From Catajapyx aquilonaris (lineage: Eukaryota): a DNA stretch of 51,569 bases. Below, piece after piece: positions 24,182-36,600 of this stretch. Each line of letters starts with the position of its first letter. Position 1 is the stretch's first letter. The translations under genes and the position numbers were made by a program. Below the pieces are notes generated by a model. The model made no database searches, was not told the DNA's origin, and saw only the letters and a program-made list of their open reading frames with translations. The stretch covers positions 1-51,569 of the forward strand of contig KZ538721.1 in assembly GCA_000934665.2 (NCBI GenBank), written 5' to 3'.

Positions 24182-24625
24182 CATATGTGTATAATAGCTG
24201 TGTAATAGAATAGGTCTTATCAAGAAACTTGATACCGCATTCATAGCATTCCCTTGTGAGACAACTTGTCTGACCTGGAAAATAGATGTGGTTTGATTGA
24301 TGTATGTTACAATGTGCATGTGGGAACTGGTGTGTTAGTAGGCTTTTTAATGGTAGCCTGTTCATAGGCTCATCCTGTTGCACTCGAAGACTGTGAATTG
24401 ATAGGCGCAAAATAATGTTCATGAAATTTCTGGTAATATGGATCCGAGCAACTTTTTTGTACCTGTTATATAAATTTTTGTTACAAATATTATTTTGTGA
24501 GTAATTTAAAAAAATGGTTAGGTTTTCCGCTCCTTGACCTTGACAACAACCTGTTTTCTGTCGCCTGCATCATTTTGTCATGTATTGTTGAACATATTAA
24601 AAAGTATGCTTTGTGTTAAACAAAG

Positions 24626-27600
24626 GTGGAAATGAGCAGCCTTCCCCTCCAAGAGAGCCTGGTGAAGGTGAGAGTTCTGATGAAGGAACACTGGAGAAAC
24701 TGCGTCAGTACTTTGCCCAGAAGCTTGGCATGACCCCTACTGGTGGAGAGGAAGAGGATGCAAATGTAATGGGTTGTCAGAGTAAACCTCTTTAAAATAG
24801 TGTGAAGTGCATCCTTCTTTTTGTCATGCCTAGGCATTTTCACCGACCATGCAAGGCAAGAAAAGTTCCCTCATGCAGAAGGTCAAAGATCTGTTTCGCC
24901 TCCCACAGATTCTGGAGGATGTCTCATTGGAAGGAGTGGCCAAATACATCAAGGAAAACAAGTGCAAGAACATAATTGTCATGGCTGGAGCAGGAATTTC
25001 AACTTGTAAGTTTCCCTATTAATTGCTATTTCAAATGCTTAACTATGTTTTCCTGAATTTTAGCTGCAGGAATACCAGATTTTCGTAGCCCTGGTTCAGG
25101 GCTGTATGACAACCTTCAGAAGTATGATCTGCCTGATCCACAAGCAATTTTTGAGATTGGTTTTTTTAAGCAGAATCCACAACCATTTTATGCACTAGCC
25201 AAAGAGATCTTTCCAGAAACTTTTAAACCTACTCCTTGCCACTACTTTATACGTCTTCTAAGTGAGAAGGGAATGCTCATGAGACATTTTACTCAGGTTA
25301 GTATATGCCTTATTTCGCTGACTTGTTAATGTTAATACAAATGCCTATTACGCACAGGACTGTAAAACCCCAATGAGATATACTCTATGCAGTACGTGAG
25401 GAAGTAAATCCAATTTTCTGATACAAAGTTTGGGGATTCCAGTGTTTCATAGGTTGAATAAGATGAAATTGAGATATCAAGTAGATGAAGTCTCTTTGAG
25501 GTTCTGACATTGACAATCCAGTCCCATACCTTGGTGCAGCCCTATGACACTCCTCGAATACGGTAGTGTAATAACTGTGTCCCATCGTTCGCTAAGACGC
25601 CATATTGTTCAAGGTGCAACTCCTGTGGTAGGTAGCGGGTAGTCAGCCGCGATTGGCTCTATCTTTCTTTCCTTCCCCTCCTTGCATCATGTATTTGTGC
25701 CTGCTCCTCCTGCTACTCCCAAGAGCAGTCTCTCTATCACATTCCAGCAGGGTGCTATTCAGACACACACTGACAGAAAGTTGTTTGCTTATAGGAAATT
25801 AGAAATCTGCATGGAACAGTTAGAGGGAAGGTTTGTGGCATCACTACAGTGTATGCGGAGCGAGTATGAAGGCAACTACTCCTCAAATGTCATAAATTCT
25901 AACTATGAAAAGTTGATATAATTAGGGGGAAAGGTTACTGCCAATGCCAGCACTTTTTGCGCTGTATGAAAAGGATACTACAAAAGAAACTGTTGACACC
26001 CCCCCCCCCCCTCCCTTTTTTTTGTATGGATGGCCCTTGAAAGACCTGGTCAACATTTCCTACCCAAAAGTTTACTTTGAGGGATTATTTGTAGTTTCAA
26101 AAAATAATTAATCGTTAGTAAGTGCACTGTCAAGGAGAACACCCCCTGGAGGTCTGACTGCCTTCCTCAGGTAGGCCATGAATGCGCCACAAATAGGGTT
26201 GGCCTTGCAAGAGATGGCTTTGCTAGTGGGGTATTGTTTGTTAACCTTTGGACCCTGGGGTTTTGCCAGTCATATGACACATACTAGGTCAAAGGGCACC
26301 ACCAGACCAGACCAGTTGATATGAGCTTCATCAAATACTAATCTGTATAAAAAAGTGTAAAAATTATAGGTACAAAGACCCTTGTACTCCAAGTGTGTCT
26401 GTTGTTCGATTCCCCACCCCATAGGGAGAGAATCGTTTATCTGCTGTTACCGTTGTGAGGACCCTTGACCTGACCCCTGACCTACCTAGGTCGCAGGGTG
26501 TGGGAATAAGAGTCCGGTAGGAGGTTAAATGAGTGCTGTATGCAGGAGTGATACAGGAGAGAGAGTCTCTCGAGGGCCGAAGCCCCCTTCCTTTTATACA
26601 GTATTACAGCCACCAGATGGCGCACAAGAACAGGGACAATTTCCAAAAGAGGATAAATGCTGGAACCACACACGTGGTCCCCACACCGTCACTGTCTTAA
26701 CTGTGTAGATCATAGTCTGGCTGACCAACCTAGAATTTTTACTCTACATTAGATTCTGTAGGATACATCGAAATTAATGAAAACGTTGCTTTCACTGAGA
26801 TTTGCCCACTGTGCTACCTGGCTTCTCAATATTGTGTCATGCCTTCTTTTAACATCAGTGACAGCCTGCATGCAAGCAGCATAGAGTCAAACGGCTTGAT
26901 ACATGACTCTTCAAGAGAATGTGACAATTTTTAGAGACCCAGCCAAAGTCAGGTATGACTAGTGCAGTGAAAAAAATTTTATGCTATTCTGAATTAATGC
27001 ATTTTTATCATGAAATGTTGGAGTAAAGTAACTTGCAGACTGACCCGGTGTTGTTGAGCTATATGTTACAGATCGCCCGGTGTATTTGTGGGCATACAGG
27101 AAAATCCACCAAGTCCAATTTCGTCGGTTTTGAGTTTTTATATCTAAGTACGAGTAGCATTTTTTCTTTGGATTATCTCAAAATTGGCTGTTTCTCTCTT
27201 TTGTCTATGATGTGTATGCTGTAGACTAATAGGGAAAAATTATATTTTTTTGCAACAGAACATAGATACTCTGGAGCATATTGCTGGAATCCCAAGTGAT
27301 AAGATAGTGGAAGCCCATGGCACATTCTTTACATCTCACTGCTTGTCCACATTTTGTCATAAGCAGTATGACCTGAAATGGATGAAAGGTGAGGGCCTTG
27401 TTTTAATTTTTATGCTATCAGGGAAGCAGAATCCACAACATCAAACAGAGATTAAGAATTAGAAGTTGGATAGTTGTAAGATTCACCAACAAATGCATGC
27501 AAAGATTGTTGAAATGCTGACCAAATATGCTAAATAATTCTTTAAAAATTGCATAATGAGCAATGAAAGTGATTATACAGTGAAATCCCGAATACTCGAA

Positions 27601-30600
27601 CCACCATGGGACCGAGAAAAAAATTCAACTTATCGAAAATAGTGGGGAAAACAGCACCTGCACAAATTAAACACCTACAGTATGCGTCTCGCTACTGGGA
27701 CACGATTGCAAGTGACTGCTAGACGATTGTAGACTAGGGTCTCTGTCTGCTCTCAGGCAAAAGGCATGTCACCACCGCAAAGGAATGCATGAGTCACTAC
27801 CTACAGGAAAGGGAGCTTAAAACATGTGGCTTTCTGAGGGCTTTGTGCATTCCTTCGTGGATTATCGAGAATAATAATCACCTGGGGTGGAAATCTCCAA
27901 GAATGAATCATACCACATGTTTTCCCAACTTGGAAATTCCCTGGTGTTGACAAAATTCAACTTATTAATAGTGAAAGTGCTGCGGAATTCACAAAATATA
28001 TTCGACTGATCGAGAAAATCGAGTTATACAAATTTGAGTTATCGGAATTCAATTTGCATTACATATATGGAGAATCTGCCAAGTCCCAAGATTTTCTTTG
28101 GCTTATTGAGAATTTCGAGTTGTCGGGATTTAACTGTATGTATTTTTATGACAGGGGCCATGCTACGCCTCAGTTATACAGTCGAGGGCGTTAGGAAAGG
28201 AATTTACAGGAGGTGCGATGATTGTATTCCTGCCAAATTAATGTAGCTGTGTCCTGGTCATGTTCTGATCAAAGAGGTATAAGCACTTGCTGGTTCAAAC
28301 ACCAGCAGCCTGCGTGTGCACTTGTGAAGACACGGTGGTCCAGAAAGCTGCAGACAGTCAGACAAAAATGGAAGGCGATAAGCATGGACAACAGTGGTGG
28401 GTGTGGAGGGATTCTTCTGACGTCTCGTGATCGGTGACAAGTCATGACTACATTTTCACGAGCCACAGGCAAAGGAACAATCAAATAAGTGGAAGCATGT
28501 TGACAGTCTGCCACCAAAGAAGTTCAAGCCTGCTGCTTCGGCGGGGAAAAGGATGGCTTCAGTATTCTGGGATACTGAGGGAATCCTGCTTGCCACCTGG
28601 TATGACAGTCAATGGACCAGGGTACCTAGAGACTCTTAAGACGTCCATGACGGGCCATGCAGAAGAAAGATTCGGGGGTTTTGCTACAGCAGGACAATGC
28701 TTGGCCGCACACTAGCAATTTCACGAAAGCCAGCATCTGGGACTTGTGCTTCCAGACCATCATACACCCTCCCTACTCCTCAGACCTGGCCCCCAGTGAC
28801 TCACCTTTTAGGAAGAATCCCTCCACACCGACCACCGTTGTCCATGCTTATCACCTTCCATTTTTGTCTGACTGTCCGCAACTATCTGCACCACCGTGTC
28901 TTCACAAGCGCACACGCAGCCTGCTGGTGTTTGAACCAGCAAGTGCTTATACCTCTTTGATCAGAACATGACCAGGACACAGCTACATTAATTTGGCGGA
29001 AATACGATCATCTGTAAAAAAAAACAACTTGTAAAGACCAAAGCCCCTTGTATATAAGAAAAATGTGATTTGGTCAATATTAATTATACAGTATTATTTG
29101 GTAAAACTGGGATGGTCCAGATTTAGATATTACACTGACCAGAAAGTGAGAGAGCCATTGGAGCAATTTAAAATATTTAAGGACTCCTTGAAATATACAG
29201 TTGACGCCAGATATAACAGCCTGGGCTGTAACAGATTCTTGGTTGTAGCAAATTCACAAGGTTGGTCCCGGCATACTTCCATATATGGCCTGCGCATTAG
29301 GCCATAACAGACCTGTGTTATAGCAGACTGATTTCTGTGGTCCTTTGAAGTCTGTGATATCCAGAGTCTACTGCACTTTGAAGGACAATCATCATATTTT
29401 TTATTTACCACCCAGTATTAATCATCGCTAGCCAGCTGTCTGGCTATCAGGGTCATTCTTAAATCTTGTCTGGTCATCGGGGCTTAATTTACTTACAATG
29501 ATCAGTTATATGAAATACAAAAATAAAAATATAAAGAAAAAATATAGAGAAAAAAATTACATTAGGCTGTGTCGGGGACACAAGCCGCAGCATTTGCGGG
29601 CTCAACCGACATTATGTTTCACGTTTCTCGACTATAATGGCGGTGGCATGCAGGCGTGGATACGTCTTTAAAATCGGATCAAGGGCCATGTAGGCAAACT
29701 CGAGCATTACAGAAAAGCGTAGGTTATAGCAGACTCGGTTATAGCATACTCAGTTATAATATACTGTAACGCTCGAGTTTGCCTGCATGCCCCCTGATCC
29801 GATTTTAAAGACGTATCCACTTCAAAAAGGGGGGTCAAGAGGAGACATTCTGATAATGGGAGAGAGTGTAAAATGCATAAGGAAGAGGTTGCGTTACGCT
29901 AGTATCCTGGGAGCATAGTGACCAAGAATTACGATATTCAGCAGGTCCTTGATGTTTACATATTTGAGTGCCACTTAGCCACATATGTTAGGTAGTAAAA
30001 TAATGTTTTAGTGGACTCTATATGGGAGTTATCGCCCAACGATACCATGCCACTCCTAGGGACCAGGGGAAAATTTTTAAAGTATGATGTCCTTCCTCCC
30101 TCAAGCATGGGGCATTCGTATATCATGTGATACCAGTCATCTGGTAACTTTAGGTTACATAGTGAACAAATCTCAAGAGGGTCCGTTTTTATGTGACGGT
30201 ATCCTCGTAGCGGGATCCAGTTAGCATTGGTTCTCAAACATGCTAACATCCTGCTTACGGAGAAATCCATTTGTAATAGCATATAAAAGGCAGGGAAATA
30301 TCTGCAGGCCTAATTATTATAAAGTGGAGCTTTTTCTCAATTTGATTTTGATTGATTTAAACTGTTACAATCCTTTATAATTCCATTGTCCATCATAATT
30401 TGGGCCAGGAGGGGAGGTGTAGATGGCCGAGATGGTAACGTTTCGGCTTGCTGAGTGAAAGGCCCCAGGTTCGATCCCCGCCTGGGGAACTTTCCTTTCA
30501 CCTGCGTCAGGAGGGTCTCTGACCTGCACCTTGGAGGTGTCTGGCAACCTAACCTCCTGGGGAACAGCACATGACCCCTTTACCGACATTGCACTTGCAC

Positions 30601-33600
30601 CAATGTTCCCTCCCCCAAAAAATCCCTATCCCTACCCTACATCCTTGACTCCTTACGCTGGTGAATGAAGTTAATATAGGAAAATGGAGTGAAATGGTGG
30701 TATTCCATCCCCCTAAAACGGCTCAGCCTTATCACGGGGTAACATTAAAAAACAACAACAACAACAACAACAACAAGGAATTGGGCCAGGATCGCATATT
30801 TTTAAATCCAAGTTTGATCATTTGATGTCATAAAGATCTTCAGTGTTTGGCCATAGTCTTCCAGCCAACTCTCTAACTGTTTAATCCAATTGTACTTTTT
30901 TTTTTTGGGGGGGGGGGGGGGGGTGCCACTGGCCGACATTAGATATGTTACAGCCTTGTTTGGTAATCTAACTGTTTCCATTTTTTGAAATCTTCTCAAG
31001 TAACGGAGGGCACGAAGAATTATTTTAATTTTCAGAGGTGGGCGTCCTGTTTCCAAACGTAGTAAGTATTCTGCAGTTCTAGTTCCAAACGCTAATAATT
31101 TCCTTATTGCAAAAGTTTGGATAAGTTCAATGTCTTGTAGCAGATTCAGGCCCCATATAGGGATTGCGTATAAGGCTGCTAATATGATCGTTGAATCGAT
31201 AAACTTTAAGGCTGACGTTAGAAGTGGCAGCCTAGCTTGCTTAAGTATAGGCCAAGATACATTCATATTTGATTTCACCTCACAAATTTTATCTTCGAGT
31301 TCTTTCCTAAATTGGCCTGATGTGGAGAAATTAACCCCTAGATAACAGTAACTGCTAACAATTTCAATTGGAATATCGTTAATCAGTAATTTATCGGCTA
31401 TCGGTAATTGGCCTCCTTTCCTAAATATTATACAGCCTTAGTTTTAGCGAAATTTAATTTGAGTTCATTTTTTTCCAAGTACTCATATGTATGCGAAAGA
31501 AGCTTTTGCATTTATGGACGATTGTCAGACATAAAACTATGTCATCAGCGAACATCAAGGTTTTTAGTTCATAGTGTACCCCTGGGAGTTGAATGCCCCC
31601 AGCCGAGTGGTGATTTAACCAGTCATAAAAATCATGAAGATATAGTGAGAAAAGTATCGGGGATAACGGATCGCCTTGTAACACCCGTTTGCCTACCTGC
31701 ACCTTTAATATTTTTTTCCTCCACCCGCGTGATGAATCTTAGCTTTCTGGTAGAAGTCCATGACCACTGCCAGATATCTTTGAAGGACAATGGCGCATCT
31801 TGGCTCTCATTTGTCAAAAACTTTTATGAAATGGCGAAACATTTGGTGGTCACTTGGTGCATGGTCTGGAGTTATGGAGAGTGTTTCAAGATGCTCCACT
31901 TGACATGTTTGAAAAAGGTGCATGACAGTGCCTGATTGCATATTTTTTTGCTACTCCTTACAAAGATATTATTTAAAATTTCAAGTGGTGCACTTTGCAC
32001 ATCCTATCCATGCAGTCCAGACCATGGTCCATACCTTTCACCAAGTGATCTGTAGCATTTTCCATCACCTCAGGAAAATTTTTGGCTGGCATGGGCCTAC
32101 AGAGAGGTGACAGATTTGGTTTGGCAGAGAGAGTTTCTAACATGTGCTTACAGTATCCGGTACCACAATAAGACAGCTGCTTCAATTGTCACTGATCTTA
32201 TGCCTATTTCACCTCCTTTAACAATGCAGCCAGCAACTTTTTTTTGATTGCTTACTGTTGTACAACAATTGAGTTTTGAGATAATTTAAGTGAAAAATCC
32301 GGTTATAACAGACTTCAAGGGACCGAGGCAATCAGTCTATTATAGCCATATACACAGGCCATATATGGAAGTATGGCAGGACCAGCCTTTACAGTCAGCT
32401 ATAACCGAGAATCTGTTATAGCCGAGGCTATTATATCCAGAGCCAACTGTATTTGCCTTTTTGGAACAAAGAACTGTTTTTAATGATAATTTACTGTCAT
32501 TAAATTCCGGGAGGGCCGTGGTCAACCCAGATCCCTCTGCATGGAAAGTGTCGTTTACTTGCCAGTGTGTTTCACAACAATGTTTTATAACGAAATAATT
32601 TGACAAACCTTAGAGATTGATTTACAATTAACCCCTGACTACACATACTTGAACACAGAAAATAATGTCTTAGTCAAATCTTTATAAAACCCACTTTAAC
32701 AAGATAAAGATAAACAAAAACATTAGACTGTACGACGTACATATGTCCGTATTTTTCTTTAAGGTTGTAATACAAGCCTTATTTCAGAGAGAGTCTTCAA
32801 TGATGTGGTTCCCACCTGTGACATCTGCAATGGCCTGGTGAAGCCAGATATTGTTTTCTTTGGAGAAAACTTGCCATCAAGATTCTTCGAGTGCATGAAG
32901 TCAGATTTCGGCAAATGTGATGCCCTCATTGTTCTTGGGACATCACTTGTGGTTCAGCCTTTTGCATCATTGGTTGACAGGTTTGAATGTTGCTGCCAAT
33001 CTAAATCTGATCTAATCTAATCTGCTTGTAAAATTAACAGACTCTGTAAAAATGTTTCAGTAAGCAAGATTAGAATGCTACTTCATCTTTATTGACGAAA
33101 ATCTGTAGTGTGGGAGTGAATACTAATAACTATTATCATCTAACGTAGCGATATCCTACAGGGTTAGGGTATTGTAATTCTAATCTTAACACTTCAATGA
33201 GAGGTGTAACATGCTGAGATGGCAGCTAAAAAAAAAAAAGGATCTCTTCTGCAATTGAATTTGTAGTGGGGAATTATAATTTTTGTTAATACTCCCAAGT
33301 CATTCGTAGTACTAGATGAAAAAGTGAAACCTCAGTTTTTAAATATTTGTTCTCTGAGTAATGGAAATCTGGGCTTGAAAGTTGAGGATTTGCATTTTTT
33401 GCATTTAAAATGGCCACTGAAGTAATTAAGAACGTGGCAGAATTTTACTTTTAATTTTTATAACAATGGTGGATTATTGCCAATTTTTTGAGTGGCATAA
33501 AGGAAGGGTTCAGTGATTTTGCATGTGGGCTTCAAAGATCAAGGTAGACTCCCTGATTCCAAAAATGTGGTCAGTTTTTAAATATGACGCCGCATAAGCA

Positions 33601-36600
33601 AATGCTGTTAGGTGAAAGTCAATCTCTGCTACTGTATTCGATACGGTAAGCGTACAGCTAGCGCCTCCCACGGAGATCCCAGTAACATGCCTGGGCCGAT
33701 GTTGGCTTAGCCGCAAAGTCAATTTTTGAACTAGGAATAAGTGGATGAATCACTTGGCCCTTCCTTTGACGCCGTCACATGCAGCCAAGATGTGGGCAAT
33801 GTATTCCTCCTCTCTCTCTCCGGATTATACCTCGCGACACTACCCGCCTTGTAAGTCTCGAGCTGATACGGAAGTATCCCGTCGTGGCCGTCACTCTGTC
33901 ACATGGTCCGACCACTGGCACCCCTCTCTCCCACTCTGCCTCCCCTTCTCATCCTCCCCTGCATTCCCATGGCCCTTGGCACCTGGGGCGGGCTCCGCTC
34001 GGGTCGAAAACACAAAAACCTGGCTTGCACATGGTTTGTCGCTATGGGGGCGGACATCGTGATTGTATGTGGGATCTTCCATCGCTGCCGCTAGAGGCAA
34101 CCCGTGTTCGGCGCTGATTTTCAAAAAAATCAACTTTGACTTGAAATTTTACGCTTATGGTGCATTTGCCACCAAAACGGACCGGATATTCAGAATCAGA
34201 GTCCTGCTCGATTTTTGAAGCTCAACATGCAAAATCACTGAACCCTTCCTTTAAGTATACTGTATACAGGGTGTAAATGAATTTGGAGGACAAACTGGTA
34301 GGGGTAATAGAGGGGACCAAGACAAACATATTTGACATAAGAACCCGTGTCCGGAAACGCCATCTAGAGGGGGTTTATGGACAAGGAACGGGTGCGCTCA
34401 GACGCGTCACGCGGGAGGCGCTAACGAGCGGACCGTTTAGTTGCTAGGTGGCGCGCGGATTGTACACAACTTTGCAATTCGCCATAACTTGGCAACAGCA
34501 GAGTTGTTGTTTATTACCTGTGCGCTACCTAACATTCTGACTTTAGTTGTTAGGTGGCTCTGTTGTTGCCAGGTTATGGCAAATTGCGAAGTTGTGTACA
34601 ATCCGCGTGCCACCTAGCAACTCAACGGTCCGCTCGCTAACGCCGCCCGCCTGACGTGTCTGAGCGCACCCATTCCTTGTCTATGAACCCCCTCTAGATG
34701 GCGTTTCCGGACACGGGTTCCTATGTCAAATATGTTTGTCTTGGCCCCCTCTATTACCCCTACAAGTTTGTCCCCCGGATTCATTTACACCCTGTATTTA
34801 ATTTATATGCTCTGTGGTGTTCGAGCAATGTGGCAAACCTAAAATTGGGTATTACAATGTAGAATAAGTTAAAATTGTATTCGAATTAGTGTTCATGAAC
34901 AATTGGTCATCATTACTATTGCCACAAAAGTTAAAATAAAAATTCTGGAAGGTTCCTAATGCCTTATGCAGCCATTTCAAATGTGAAAAAATTGTGGATT
35001 CTCAACTCTAGAACCCAGGTTTTCACTGCTCACAGTCAGAGAGCAGGCATTTGAAAACTGTGTTTCACTTTTTCGCCTAATATTAGGAGCAACTTCCAAT
35101 AAAAATTATGACTCACTGCAAAATCAATTCTGGAAGATATCCTTTACTGTGGCAGGTCTAAATATTTCTCACTCAAAGTACACTGTACTCTCGATTATCC
35201 ATGCTAATTAATACACAGGTGTGCTCAGAAAACACGGATAACACTAGGGAACAAAATGGAACTTTTTTTGGCCCATGTACATGAATGTGAAATTCTTATT
35301 GTATAACATGCACTGATTGCAAATATGTTAACCAAAATCTTCTATTACCCACAGTTTTTGAGTAATCATCATTTTATGGTAGCAATGAACTTCCTTCAAT
35401 GTATATGTAGCACTGATATACAAAATTACAATTATTTTGGCGCATGTACATGAATGTGCGATTCCTATAGTACCCTACTCTCTGACCTGATTTTAAATCT
35501 GTTAACCATTTGACTCTATCACCTACAGTTTTTGAGTAATTGGCATTTTTACAGTAAAAAAGTACTTCATTTATATCACTGATCAACAAAATTAAAATCT
35601 TTCCGGCACATGTACATAAATGTGCTATTCTTATTGCATTCTTTATGCTGATTTCAAATATGTTAACCGATATTTTCTATCACCTACAGTCTTCGAGTAA
35701 TTGGCATTTATACGGTATCAAAACACCTATCTTAATGTAGGTTAGAGTAATACACTTTGAAATAAATTTCTGAGTAAGTAAGGACTAATAGGACCTAGTA
35801 TGGGCTTGGTATGGATTAGTTATGATGCTCCCATTGTAGATATACCAAAATCCTCATATGGAATAGTGTTTACAAAAAAATATGCATAAGGTGACAATGA
35901 GCAACATGCAGTACAGTAATGGGGAAGTAGCCTTGGTCTGGGATTTGGGATTTTTGTTCATAACTAGCTAGCCCATGCCTGTAAACATACATTCCATCAC
36001 TTTGTTGCATCAAAATGACATTACTGGATAAATTACGGCACATTTAAAAGTGCCTTCAAAATTGGCGGGAAAAACGCCGCTGCCAATCGAAAGGGTACAC
36101 GGAAATGCCTGGTTGACTGCGAGATATGAGGAATTTGACTTTGAATTAACCGCGGACACGACGGAAAGCATTCGCAAGGCGGCTGTAGGCCATCGAGGTG
36201 GAGAAAGGGGGCCTTCATGTGCCGAATTCGGGTGACAGATAATTCCTACCAGTTGGCACCCCTGCCAGCCCCTGAGCTGATTGAGCGGCGTGAAGTAAAA
36301 ACGCACCCCGGCCGCTATCTTGCTCACGGAATGGGACGGTTGCTAACCACAGCGAAGCATTTTACAACAATGACGGGGCGCGTTCTATAACACCATTTTT
36401 GCGTTCATTTCACTTCGCGTGACGTCAACATTTTCTAGGGAAACAGTGACGTCACCATTTCCCTACATAAAACCCCCAATTACTCCTGAACGGGAACTGA
36501 TATCTTAAAACGGAATATGCCAAAAAAATCCAAAAAATATGGGCGAATTTATTATGTAGTTTCCAAAATGAAGGCTAGTTCCCCATTATAGAAAACAAGG

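Noticed and set aside
26445..26690. Possible solo LTR (TG start, TATA-like motif, weak terminal inverted repeat)
   Set aside because: Right terminus and TSD are not convincing.
31950..32210. Very decayed mariner C-terminal remnant
   Set aside because: Only a faint YLSPSD-like motif; too degraded to delimit.
29198..32451. One large composite transposon bounded by inverted MITE ends
   Set aside because: The left copy has its own right TIR at ~29373, so two independent MITE copies is the simpler explanation.
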